A stretch of 64,000 bases of DNA from an uncultured Planctomycetaceae bacterium (GCA_963815195.1 CAWFGE010000007.1:160001-224000); one strand, 5' to 3'; shown: positions 19,612 through 29,535, counted from the first letter of the stretch. Notes: a model not told the origin generated them from the sequence alone. A program made the numbers and translations.

Positions 19612-21390
19612 CCCGGATTATTCATCAGGTCCGTGCGTGGTGAGTATTTCCGTGGCGGAAAGTGCACCGGGTGGTTGGGGAGCGGAGGATGGGCGGACCG
19701 CCCCCTTTCCCCCTGGGGCCTGGCGATCGTTGGGTGAGTGAAGGAAAGAAACAGAAAGGCGGATGCCACGATGGCGAACTGCTCAGTCCCGAAGAACCAG
19801 TTGCTCATGGGCGTGACGTGGGAGAGGTGTGTAGGGCCGCGGGCGAGCTCCGCGCGGACGTGGCCAGAGGTTGGCCAGACGCAGCGATCGGATGCGGGAA
19901 GACATCGCGGCCCAAAACGCGCTCACGCTTTCCTCAATGTAAATCACGAGGCGGCGGGAGTGCTTCACGACCCGCGCTCCTGTCCGCAGCACCGACTGCT
20001 GGAAACGATGCAAGTCCCAGCAACCGCCCAACTCGTCCTCGAACTCGATCCGCAGCATCGACGCCAGGTTGAACGCCAGCAGGCCCAACAGCAACGTCAC
20101 TTCGTTCTCCGCAAACACCGATGACGAAAGACGGCAGCCAATCACCGCGTTGAATTCGCCCAGCCGGTCCTCGAACGTGCCGCGCTTGCGGTAGTGCGAC
20201 AACACCTCATCCGCCGAGCGTTGCTCCTCGGTCCAGTTTGTGATCAGGAAGAAGTAACGCGGAAACAGAGCCAGTTGGCCCGTCTTCGCCTCCGGCTTGT
20301 CGACGATGACCAGAATCACCCGCTGCGGATGACGCCAGCCCTCGGCTTGGTACTTTCCGAGTTCGATCACGTCCTCATATCCGCCTTTGGGCGGCCGGCC
20401 TACGGGACGTGTCAGATAGGGCGCGGCCATCTCTTCCAGCACGTTGTTCTTCTTGATTCTCCCGCAAAAACGGATGTTTTCGTCGGTCAACTCATCCAAC
20501 ACCGGGCCGGCGATGAAACCCGCATCGATCCGGAGGTCGAAGCTCCACGCCAGTTGCCGGGCCTTGCCGACCACGTTGCGAATAAACCGCCGGATGCCAT
20601 TGGCCGTATGCACGCTGCCTTGCCGCAGGATGGCATGAATGAAGCCGTTGCCCAGCCGCTGGCCTTCCCGCGTGCTATCGTAGTCGCCGCCGACCGAGAA
20701 ACTAGCGACCAGCGGATGATAGACGGTCTCCTTGTAGTAACCGTTGTAGCGGGCCCCCGGCTGCTGGCCATAAACCTGCATCGGGAAACTGTCGATGTCG
20801 ATGGTGGCGTAGCGGACGCGGCGGTCGCTGTCGCCGGTGCTTTTGATGTGCCGATGGATCCAGTCGAACAAGGCGCTCCGCACGGCCTCGAGATTCGTCT
20901 TGCAGTCGGCCAGCCAATCGATGAGCCGGGATTGAGTGGGTTGGCTGGCCAGGCGTTGGTTGAGCACTTCTTCGCCGGGCCGGTCCCACGCGGCCATCTT
21001 CATAGCGGGATCATGGGCGAGCCGGTCGAGATCATCCTGATCGGACTCTCCCAGGGCCATGGCGTAGATTCTTTCCCGCAGCAGTTCGACGCCTTGATAG
21101 CGGACGCGGTCTTGCTGGCGAGGATCGATCAGTTGATCCGCGAGCGATTCGGTGAGTCCGAGCCGATGATCGAAGTCCCGCAGCAGAACGGCACCGGAGT
21201 GTGACGTGAGCCGCCCATCGACGGCCTTGACCTTGATGGAACGATTGAAATCGGGCTCGAAAATGTTAGGCTGAACTTCACCCATCGCGTGATTCCTCCG
21301 TTTGGTTTCGGGATTGCGGTATACCACTTAAACGCAGAGGGTCACGCGATGGTTCCTTCTTTTTTCATCTTTTTTGGTGAATAATCCGGG
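19612..21390 (-). mobile_element. IS1380-family insertion sequence, 1779 bp
   Basis: Terminal IRs CCCGGATTATTCA(T/C)CA (15/16 match); 5-bp target duplication TTCAA at 19607-19611 and 21391-21395. Confidence 0.93.
19783..21285 (-). CDS. IS1380-family DDE transposase
   Basis: LTSHSGAVLL, LASQPTQSR, IDIDS, YHPL, RIDAGF, YRKRGTFE; GGAGG RBS before ATG 21285. Confidence 0.92.
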   Translation of the reverse strand: MGEVQPNIFEPDFNRSIKVKAVDGRLTSHSGAVLLRDFDHRLGLTESLADQLIDPRQQDRVRYQGVELLRERIYAMALGESDQDDLDRLAHDPAMKMAAWDRPGEEVLNQRLASQPTQSRLIDWLADCKTNLEAVRSALFDWIHRHIKSTGDSDRRVRYATIDIDSFPMQVYGQQPGARYNGYYKETVYHPLVASFSVGGDYDSTREGQRLGNGFIHAILRQGSVHTANGIRRFIRNVVGKARQLAWSFDLRIDAGFIAGPVLDELTDENIRFCGRIKKNNVLEEMAAPYLTRPVGRPPKGGYEDVIELGKYQAEGWRHPQRVILVIVDKPEAKTGQLALFPRYFFLITNWTEEQRSADEVLSHYRKRGTFEDRLGEFNAVIGCRLSSSVFAENEVTLLLGLLAFNLASMLRIEFEDELGGCWDLHRFQQSVLRTGARVVKHSRRLVIYIEESVSAFWAAMSSRIRSLRLANLWPRPRGARPRPYTPLPRHAHEQLVLRD

Positions 21391-21599
21391 TTCAAAGCAT
21401 ATCAGGAGATTTGGAAGTCGCGGCCGAAAGACGTTGGATTGGAAGCGGCAGAGGATTGGGGGAGAACCGCATTTTCCGATTTATTCGCCTCTGGCATGGA
21501 AAAGACATCATGATCACCCCGTTCAGCGATCATTTTCTGTGTTGCCCCAAATAGGAGACTGACGGTTCTCGATGACGTGACCCCTGGTCAGCCAGCGAT

Positions 21600-21659
21600 G
21601 TAGGGTCCGCTGTGCGGACCGAAATTGATGGTTCACTGTTTCAATTAAAGGTCCGCTAC
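21600..21659. repeat. GTAG-type REP doublet with internally deleted second arm
   Basis: GTAGGGTCCGCTGTGCGGACC at 21600-21620; GGTCCGC-TAC at 21650-21659 retains both ends of the expected reverse complement. Confidence 0.65.
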
Positions 21660-21670
21660 GCTGCTTTGTC

Positions 21671-22142
21671 TTCACGGGCGGGGATTTTCACGGGGAGGTG
21701 ACGGCCGGGGGCGATGCGGTGCTCGCGTCGTTCGGGAACGTCAAGGGACACCTCGCGGCCGGTGGCTATGCGTTTCTGGCGTCGTGGGCCGATGTGGATA
21801 ACATGGTCGTGGAGGGTCCGGCCGGGGTGGGCGTTTGGGCCGTCGGCCATATCGAGGGGCTGGCGTCTTCCCGCGTAACCTCCACGCAGGGAGAAGTCAA
21901 TATCCTGGCTTTGGGCAATGTCTCGGCCCGCGTGGAAGCCGCCGCCGATGCCACGATCCTCAGCGAAGGCGATGTGAATGCTTCACTCGACGCCGGCAAG
22001 GATGCCTTTGTCTTAGCCTATGGAGACGTCACAGGCAATTACTCCGCCGACCGCGATGCGTCCGTGATCACCTACGGCAACTTCAACGCCGGTCTGCACG
22101 CGGGCCGGGACATCGGCCGCCGACCGTTCGGCGGGAATGCGC
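21671..22142 (+). repeat. 472-bp direct repeat, copy 1 (copy 2 at 26263-26734)
   Basis: Ungapped match at offset 4592; about 13 mismatches by manual count. Confidence 0.95.
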
Positions 22143-23183
22143 TGCCGGGCGTGTGGGCGCGGGGGAACATCTCCGGCGCGATCACGGCGGACCGGAACAT
22201 CGGCTACGAGGACCAGCAGGCCATCCAGGATGACTACGATTATGTCATCTTCAGCTATGGCTCAATTGACGCGGCGATCCTCGCCTATAACACCGCCAAT
22301 ACATCGAACGGCGGCTACGTGGGCAGCATCGGAGCCTTGGGCGCGATCGGCGGCACAATCATCGGCCAGCGGGCCGTCTCGCTCGTCCAATCCGGCGATG
22401 CGGTGACCGCTTTCATCCAGGCCCCCAACCTGCCCACCGTCATCGAGTTCGATTCCACGATGGCGACAAACTACCCGCTTCCCGCGGTGCCGGATTCGAT
22501 CTTGAACGAAGTGCTGGCCGACCTGCAAGCCGCGCGGGACCAACTATTTGCCGACAAGGACCAATATGAGCAAATCCTCGATGCGGGCCGCAGCGATTTT
22601 GGGGCCACCCGCCAACAGGCCCTGAGTGACTTGGCTCAAGCGGTCGCGCAATGGTCGGCAGACAACTCAGAGACGAAGGCCGACGCGGAAAGCTCGCTCA
22701 AAGACGACCAGGACGCGGCCATCAAAGGGCTTCGCCAGAAGCAACAAGAAGAGCACGAGTTTATGCTCGCCGCGGTGGATGGAAAGGTCGACGCTTCCAA
22801 AAAGGAAGCGGCGGCAAATCACAACCGCGACCAGGCCCAGCGAAAGGCGGCCCGGCAAGCCAAGGAGGCGGCCGATCGAGTCAAGGCTGTGAACAACACC
22901 ATCGCCCAAACCGACAACGAGTTGGCCCAAGCCCGCGTCGCCGTGCAGCAAAACAGCGATTGGAAGATGACCGAGCACATCATGGCCTTCCAGGAGACTC
23001 CGAAAAATGTGGTCGAAACCTGGAACTGGGGCGGCTTCTTTGATGGTTTGGGGACGGGCTTCAAAGCGTTGGGTAACAGCGGCGTTGATACGGTTGTCGG
23101 CTTCGTGTCGCTGGGCGGACTCCTGTTTGATGCGGAGCCACTGCATGTGTTCGGCGGGGAAGATGAACTGGGGTATGATGCAT

Positions 23184-24653
23184 CCACCCCTTTCAACATG
23201 TCACTTACCCCTGGATTTGGCCAGAGTTCGCGCGGTGGAGATATGGTGATTCCGTTTGCCGCTCTTTTTTCGAGGCTGTGGTTTTTTCGGCCCGCGTTTC
23301 TTTTTGGGGTAACGCGTCAGGTCGATGCGTTTCGCGAGTCGCACCAACTCGATCGCGAGTTTTCGAGGTGGCATGATTTGATAGCCCTCCCAGATTTCCG
23401 CGTCCACGGCGATGTTCATGCCCACCGTCGTGGCAGTCACGTCCTGCGTCAGGTGGTAGTCCGACAGTTCTTCATCGATCGTTTCTTCACCGTGAACCGA
23501 TCGCAGCGCCGCTTTCACCACGGCATAGGTGTTATAAGCCAAAACCGCCGTGGCGAAGGCGAACAGCGCCGCCTTGGGGTAGCCCAGCGTCTCCACTTCG
23601 CAGCGCAACACCTCGGTCAGAGTTTGGAAGGCTTCTTCAATCGTCCAGCGCTTGCGATACAGAAAAGCCACTTTTCGCGCATTGGCGACTTTGACAGGCA
23701 AGTTGGTCAGGATGTGAATCTCAGTGTCACCATTCTCTGTGGGCGTATCCAATTGGATGGTGATCCGCCGGACTCGCAACGTCTCTTCACCCTGGGACAG
23801 CTCGGCCGACTGCTCGAAAACAACACCCGTTTCGATGCGTCCGATGCGTTTCCGGCGACCGACGAGTTTCCAGGTGAGTGTCGAAGCGTGTTGGCGAATG
23901 ACAAAGTAGGCCGACTGCTTGACAATTCCAAACAGAAACTTGGTCGTGCAGAAGTTCCGGTCGGCGATTGTCACCGTCTCGGCCCGGATCCATTCCAGAA
24001 GCTCCGGCAGAAGCGAACGTTCCTGAGCATGCCCGTCTTCACACGGGAGCAGTTCCGAAATCAGATCCCGCTGCGCGTCCAGAAGCGCCAAGGTCTGGCC
24101 GGGCAAAGGGCCTTCCCGCGTGACGCGCAATTCCGCCAGCCGATGCTCAGTCGCCGCCAAATGATTCCCGTCCAAATACTGCACGTGATAGCCCGGCAAA
24201 AGTTCGCGGCATGCTCCCGGCATGGCATCGATGACTTGAGCCGCGTCCTGGCTCGTTTCCCGGATCATCGTCGCCGAAAGACCGGGTTCCAGACGGTTCA
24301 ACTTGCCATAAAGTGCGGCCGGCGAAACCGCCAGTTGCTCCTTGGCCGCCAAGTACCCGGCATGGACCGACGTGTGCGTCCGCGTCGCCACGCCCATCAT
24401 CAGGGCCACCACTTGCGAAAACAGCAATTCTTTCTCGTATTGTCTCTGCGAAGCGTCGGCGAAAATCTCATCCAGGCGATCCGGCGACACAAGATTCTCG
24501 AGCGTCGCTCGAACCATCACTGCCGCTGGACATTCTTCCACAAAACGATCAAGCACAGCGTCGGGCCACATCCTTGCCGCCTCCATAAGGTTTGATACAA
24601 CAATCCCTGTAGAAGCGACTTATAGCAAAAAACTAACATGTTGAAAGGGGTGG
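23184..24653 (-). mobile_element. IS4-family insertion sequence, about 1470 bp
   Basis: 18-bp IRs CCACCCCTTTCAACATGT; target duplication GTATGATGCAT at 23173-23183 and 24654-24664 (11-15 bp depending on where the IR end is placed). Confidence 0.92.
23201..24586 (-). CDS. IS4-family DDE transposase
   Basis: YLDGN, IADRNF and YRKRWTIEEAF (Y-2-R-3-E signature). Confidence 0.93.
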   Translation of the reverse strand: MEAARMWPDAVLDRFVEECPAAVMVRATLENLVSPDRLDEIFADASQRQYEKELLFSQVVALMMGVATRTHTSVHAGYLAAKEQLAVSPAALYGKLNRLEPGLSATMIRETSQDAAQVIDAMPGACRELLPGYHVQYLDGNHLAATEHRLAELRVTREGPLPGQTLALLDAQRDLISELLPCEDGHAQERSLLPELLEWIRAETVTIADRNFCTTKFLFGIVKQSAYFVIRQHASTLTWKLVGRRKRIGRIETGVVFEQSAELSQGEETLRVRRITIQLDTPTENGDTEIHILTNLPVKVANARKVAFLYRKRWTIEEAFQTLTEVLRCEVETLGYPKAALFAFATAVLAYNTYAVVKAALRSVHGEETIDEELSDYHLTQDVTATTVGMNIAVDAEIWEGYQIMPPRKLAIELVRLAKRIDLTRYPKKKRGPKKPQPRKKSGKRNHHISTARTLAKSRGK

Positions 24654-25330
24654 GTATGATGCATCCTATATGATAAATCGCTTCTCGGTGGAGTTTTTGT
24701 TTGGGGTGGGAACGGGAGGTTTATCGACCGTATCCAAAGTGGGCTGGGTGGGAAAAGTCGGCAAAGGGGTTTTCTTGTGGGATACGCTGGGCAACGGGGC
24801 AGCCATGATCCGAGGCGGCAGCGACATTGCCGAAAACGGCTTCACCTGGCAAAATAGCATCCAGTTCTTCGGCGGCACCTTCGGCCTCGCCGGCAACTGG
24901 GTCGGCCGCACGCACTTCTTTGATGATGTGCCTGTTGCCCCTGTCCCAAAAAGTGGACCGGGACGGTTTGAACGCGTTATCGAAAGTATGCCTGACCGAG
25001 CGGCTCGCTATCAAAGTCGCATAACGGGAAGATTGCCTGATGTCGGATACAGGGTGAATGGCGTCAAATTTGATGGATTCGATGAGATTGCAGGAGTTCT
25101 TCTTGACGCAAAAGGGCCGGGTTACGCAAAATTCGTTCGAAACGGTGAGTTTCAACCGTGGTTCCGTGGCGCTGATGAACTCGTAGAGCAAGCCCAACGG
25201 CAGTTGGGAGTGCGGGCGGGACTGCGCATTCAGTGGCACTTTGCGGAGGAAGCGGCTGCTGAAGCCACCCGCAATCTGTTCCGATTTGAAAATATTGAGG
25301 GAATTGAGATTATCTTCACGCCTTAGCAAT

Positions 25331-25912
25331 GTGAGAATCGGCATGTTTGTAGGTGCATATTGGGGAAAGCGAAAGGAAACACGCGACGAATGCGCAAAGC
25401 GCATCGCTGATGTCTTGCAACGACTTGGACAATGTCATCCAGCACTGAGGACTTGGTATCTGAAGGGCCGTAGTAAAAGTGAGGCGCTAAAGAACCCAAT
25501 TGAGTTATCGGGAGATTTTCTTGGCCGGATTCTGAGGACGAACAATCGCGACACCGACGGTTCAGCGATAGTGGAACTTGGTTTCAATATCGGTGTTTGG
25601 AATGGAAACAACAACCTACCTGTATCGTTTCGTGCGACGTGTGGAGGGTACTCGGATTTCGTTAGAAACTCCGTGGTGCTACAGCTGCCATCGAACTGCG
25701 ACGATTGCGACTTTTTGTCCTCTAAACGAGTCCGAACAATGTTGCTCGATTTCGTTGAAACGTTTGACCCAGACAAGGCAGTGGTAACAAGTAATGAATA
25801 CCTTGACCGTGCTGGTGTTAACCACCCGTGTGATGCTGGATGGTTAGTGTATGAGCGAAGCCGCGGCGTCGATCAGATCATTGAACAGGGGACAGTCGGG
25901 CAGGTCGATTGA
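25331..25912 (+). CDS. Imm52-like immunity protein
   Basis: GAYWGKRKETRDECAKRI...L..L...HP...W and ELGFNIGVWNG motifs; starts 4 bp after the toxin stop (GTG 25331, or ATG 25343); lower GC. Confidence 0.8.
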   Translation: MRIGMFVGAYWGKRKETRDECAKRIADVLQRLGQCHPALRTWYLKGRSKSEALKNPIELSGDFLGRILRTNNRDTDGSAIVELGFNIGVWNGNNNLPVSFRATCGGYSDFVRNSVVLQLPSNCDDCDFLSSKRVRTMLLDFVETFDPDKAVVTSNEYLDRAGVNHPCDAGWLVYERSRGVDQIIEQGTVGQVD

Positions 25913-26734
25913 ATGCCGGCGGTTCGGCCCTGGTGACCACTTGGGGCGATTTGAACGGCTCCGTCACCGCCGGGGACGCGGCGTTGGTGTTTTCCGGCGG
26001 GGAATCCACCGATTTCGACATCGATGCCGGGAGCGATGCCCTCCTGCAAACGGCGGGATTCACCATCACCAACGTGCACGCGGGCGAAGACGCCCTCATC
26101 ATCGCGGGCGGGGTTTTGGCCGGCAGCGTGTACACCGACCGGGACGCGGCGGTGTTGACGTATGATTTTTCCACGATCCTGGTCGATGCCGACCGGTATG
26201 CGTCCGTCTCGATTTTCAGCAAGTATCAGGGCACGGTGTCTGCCGGGGCGGTTGCCTTCGTGTTCACGGGCGGAGATTTTCACGGGGAGGTGACGGCCGG
26301 GGGCGATGCGGTGCTCGCGTCGTTCGGGAACGTCAAGGGACACCTCGCGGCCGGTGGCTATGCGTTTCTGGCGTCGTGGGCCGATGTGGATAACATGGTC
26401 GTGGAGGGTCCGGCCGGGGTGGGCGTTTGGGCCGTCGGCCATATCGAGGGGCCGGCGTCTTCCCGGGTAACCTCCACCGGGGGAGAAGTCGATATCCTGG
26501 CTTTGGGCAACGTCTCGGCCCGTGTGGAAGCCGCCGCCGATGCCACGATTCTCAGCGAAGGCGATGTGAATGCTTCACTCGACGCCGGCAAAGATGCCTT
26601 TGTCTTAGCCTATGGAGACGTCACAGGCAATTACTCCGCCGACCGCGATGCGTCCGTGATCACCTACGGCAACTTTAACGCCGGTCTGCACGCGGGCCGG
26701 GACATCGGCCGCCGGCCGTTCGGCGGGAATGCGC
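25909..26734 (+). pseudogene. Second toxin-stalk fragment, truncated at both ends, no toxin tip
   Basis: About 19-aa AGxDAxV..xGd repeats; contains copy 2 of the 472-bp repeat; homology stops at a REP-like element. Confidence 0.8.
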
Positions 26735-26771
26735 CCCTCACCCTAACCCTCTCCCCCGAGGGGAGAGGGGA
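26734..26771. repeat. CCCCTCACCCTAACCCTCTCCC-type REP-like hairpin
   Basis: CCCCTCACCCTAACCCTCTCCCCCGAGGGGAGAGGGGA with stem CCCTCTCCCC/GGGGAGAGGG. Confidence 0.8.
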
Positions 26772-26787
26772 CAAATCCACGGACGAT

Positions 26788-29535
26788 CTACTTCGCGTCG
26801 TCCTGCTTCGCGTCGTCCTTCATCATCTTGAAGTCGCCGGCGACGACGGTGAAGAGCTGTTTGGGTGCGATGTGCTGTTTGAGGGCTTCGTGCACCTCGT
26901 CCGTCGCGACTTTGGGAATCGCGGATTCCAACTCTTGGTAATACTCCATCGTGCGGCCGATGTGCAGGTTTTGCGAGAGGAGGCGGGCCAGGCCACTGTC
27001 GCTGCTGCGGGCAACGGTTTGCTTTTGCAGGTAGCCGGTCTTGGCCTCGTTGAGTTCCGCTTCGGTCACGCCGTCTTTGAGGAGTTTTTCCAATTCCTCG
27101 GAGATGACTTTGCGGACTTTGGGGATGTTGTCCGGATTGGAGATTGCGTAGATATAAAACGAGGACCGCTCGTCCAGCGCGGAGGCATTAAAACCGCAGC
27201 CCACGCCGTAGGACAGGCCTTCCTTCTGACGGACGCGGTTTCCGAGCCGCGACGAAAGCGACCCGCCGCCGAAAATGAAATCGCCCAGTACGAGCGCGGG
27301 ATAATCGGAGGCGGTGTCCTTCATGGGGAAGGTCATTGCGGAGAAATAGACGGCGTTTTTCTTGTCCGGGGTGTTGATGTCTTCAAACCCGCCGGGCTTT
27401 TGGGAGGCTTTGTCCGCGAGGCGTTCGTAGGGCTGTTTGGCTTTCCAACCGGCGAGGACCTTATCGCAGAGGGGCACGATCTCGTCCGGATCGAAATCGC
27501 CGACGATCGCCAGCTCCGCGTGCTCGGGCGTCAAATAGTTCTCGAAGAGTTTGACCATTTGATCGCGGGTGACATCTTTGGTCCGCTGGATCTCTTCTTC
27601 GATCGAAGGCACGTACCGCGGATCGCCCTTGGGCCATGCCGACATGTGCTGCCGGACCAAGGTGGTCGCCAGGGACTGGGGCTCGACAAGTTCCTTTTCC
27701 CAGCCGGCGAGTTGAGCCCGCTGGATGATGCCCAACTCCTCTTCCGGGAACGTCGGTTTGCGGAGGACTTCTTGGAGGAGTTTGAGCACGGCGGGGAGGT
27801 TTTCCCGCTTGGTTTCGAGGGAGAAGGTGGCCACGCCGGGCGAGCCGCTCGCCGCGAGTTGGGCCTTCTCCTTGTCCAAAGCGTCCTGGAGTTCCTGGCG
27901 GGTGAAGTTCATGGTGCCGCGAGTCATCATGCTCGGCAACAGCTCGGTCGCCTTTTCCAATCCCGCCAAACTCTCGGCGGTCCCGTAGCGGAGCGTGAGC
28001 CGGAGGTTGACGGCTTCGCCGCGGGTCTTTTTGGGCAATAACGCGGCCTCCGTGCCGCATTTCAACATGACCCGCGTCGTGCGGGCCTGGATGTTTTTGG
28101 GCGACACGTCGAACGCTTCGCCTTGGGCGATTTGCTCCCGGCCTTCGTAGTTGCCGATCATCTCGGCCAGGTTGGGGATTTCCGGGATGACGGTTTTCTC
28201 AGGCTGTTTGGTGGGCAGATACAAACCCACGGTGCGGTTGCTGCGGGTGAGGTATTCTTTGGCCGCTTTGTCGACGTCCTCGGCCGTGACTTTTTCCAAG
28301 CGGTCGCGGTAGACGAAGTACAACCGCCAATCGCCCATCGAGGCCCATTCGCTGAGCTCGATGGCGATGCGGTCGGACTTGGACGCCGCGAGTTCGCGGT
28401 ATTTCAAGAGCTTCAGTTTGATGCGGTCCACTTCTTCCTGCTTGACGCCCTTTTCCACGACCTCTTCGATCGTGTCGAGCATGGTGCCGAGCACCAGGTC
28501 GGGTTCGTTGCCTTCGGAGACCTCGGCCATGATCCGCAGGATGCCCGGATCATGCCAGGCGAAGGCCGCCCCGGAGACGCTCGCGGCTTTTTTGGTTTCC
28601 ACGAGCGACTTGTACAACCGCCCGGACGGGGAAGAGGTCAAGATGCCTTCCAGCACGTCCATCGCGGGATATTCGGGATGGGGACCGGCGGGGATGTGGT
28701 ACAGCACGCCGACCAAAGGCACTTCGCCGACCCGCCGGAGCGTGACGATTTTCTCGCCGTCTTGCGGGGGCTCTTCGGTGTAGGTCTGGCCGAGCTCGCG
28801 CTTCGGTTTGGGCAGCGTCCCGAAATATTTGCCCGCGAGCGAGAGCGCGGCATCGGGATCGAAATTTCCGGCGATGACCAGCATGGCGTTATCGGGCTGG
28901 TAGTATTTTTTGTAGAACTCTTTGAGCTTGGAGACCGGCACGCGTTCGATGTCGGCCTTGTTGCCGATGGTCGATTGCCCGTAGTTGTGCCATTGGAACG
29001 CGGCCGACATCATCCGCTGGCCGAGGATCGACGAAGGGCTGTTTTCGCCGCGCTCGAACTCGTTCCGCACGACCGTCATTTCCGAGGCGAGGTCTTCGCC
29101 TTTGATGTAGCTGTTGATCATGCGGTCGGCTTCGAGCTTGAGGGCGAACTCCAGGTTCTCGTCGGACGCGGGCAGGGTTTCGTAATAGTTCGTGCGATCG
29201 ACCCAGGTCGTGCCGTTGAACCGCGCCCCGCGTTCGGTGAGCAGCTTGGGAATCTTCTCGTGCGTGGGCGTGCCTTTGAAGACCATGTGCTCCAAAAGGT
29301 GAGCCATGCCCGCTTCGCCGTAGCCTTCGTGCCGGGATCCGACGAAAATGGTGAGGTTCACCGTGACGACGGGCTTGGAGTCGTCCGGGAACAACAAGAG
29401 GCGGAATCCGTTTTCCAATTTGTATTCCGTGATCCCTTCGATCGAGGTCACCTTTTCGGCGGTCGGTTCTTCGGCGGACAAGACGGGGTTCGACATACAC
29501 ATCACCAAGGCGGTAAAGACGAAAACTCGCAGCAT
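26788..29535 (-). CDS. Secreted M16 family zinc peptidase (pitrilysin/PqqL-like)
   Basis: Signal peptide; GMAHLLEHMVFKG inverted zincin motif; second half with VRQKEGLSYG. Confidence 0.95.
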   Translation of the reverse strand: MLRVFVFTALVMCMSNPVLSAEEPTAEKVTSIEGITEYKLENGFRLLLFPDDSKPVVTVNLTIFVGSRHEGYGEAGMAHLLEHMVFKGTPTHEKIPKLLTERGARFNGTTWVDRTNYYETLPASDENLEFALKLEADRMINSYIKGEDLASEMTVVRNEFERGENSPSSILGQRMMSAAFQWHNYGQSTIGNKADIERVPVSKLKEFYKKYYQPDNAMLVIAGNFDPDAALSLAGKYFGTLPKPKRELGQTYTEEPPQDGEKIVTLRRVGEVPLVGVLYHIPAGPHPEYPAMDVLEGILTSSPSGRLYKSLVETKKAASVSGAAFAWHDPGILRIMAEVSEGNEPDLVLGTMLDTIEEVVEKGVKQEEVDRIKLKLLKYRELAASKSDRIAIELSEWASMGDWRLYFVYRDRLEKVTAEDVDKAAKEYLTRSNRTVGLYLPTKQPEKTVIPEIPNLAEMIGNYEGREQIAQGEAFDVSPKNIQARTTRVMLKCGTEAALLPKKTRGEAVNLRLTLRYGTAESLAGLEKATELLPSMMTRGTMNFTRQELQDALDKEKAQLAASGSPGVATFSLETKRENLPAVLKLLQEVLRKPTFPEEELGIIQRAQLAGWEKELVEPQSLATTLVRQHMSAWPKGDPRYVPSIEEEIQRTKDVTRDQMVKLFENYLTPEHAELAIVGDFDPDEIVPLCDKVLAGWKAKQPYERLADKASQKPGGFEDINTPDKKNAVYFSAMTFPMKDTASDYPALVLGDFIFGGGSLSSRLGNRVRQKEGLSYGVGCGFNASALDERSSFYIYAISNPDNIPKVRKVISEELEKLLKDGVTEAELNEAKTGYLQKQTVARSSDSGLARLLSQNLHIGRTMEYYQELESAIPKVATDEVHEALKQHIAPKQLFTVVAGDFKMMKDDAKQDDAK

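Larger units (their letters stand above)
19421..21513 (+). pseudogene. About 102-aa putative immunity protein gene split by an IS1380-family element
   Basis: Joining 19421-19611 to 21396-21513 gives the open frame MAILIGGKTRCVLCGG...FEELF-K-AYQEIWKSRP...MEKTS*; lower GC; GGGAG RBS. Confidence 0.7.
21665..25326 (+). pseudogene. 5'-truncated polymorphic toxin cassette (repeat stalk, coiled coil, Gly-rich region, Tox-REase-5-like tip) interrupted by IS4
   Basis: Removing the IS and one target copy joins ...GGEDELGYDAS to YMINRFSVEF... in frame (715 aa from GTG 21698); tip motifs YQSRITG, VKFDGF, LLDAKGPGY, EQAQRQ, IQWHFAE. Confidence 0.85.

Noticed and set aside
19406..19741. 111-aa ORF as an intact gene
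   Set aside because: The part after 19611 is IS1380 end sequence
21698..24595. 965-aa ORF as one real protein
   Set aside because: After 23183 it reads the antisense strand of the IS4 transposase; the true continuation is the frame at 24665-25326
21671..26734. Direct repeat as a diversity-generating retroelement TR/VR pair
   Set aside because: Differences are not adenine-specific, are mostly synonymous, and no reverse transcriptase is present
25909..28041. 710-aa ORF as one real protein
   Set aside because: After 26734 it runs through a REP and the antisense strand of the M16 peptidase gene
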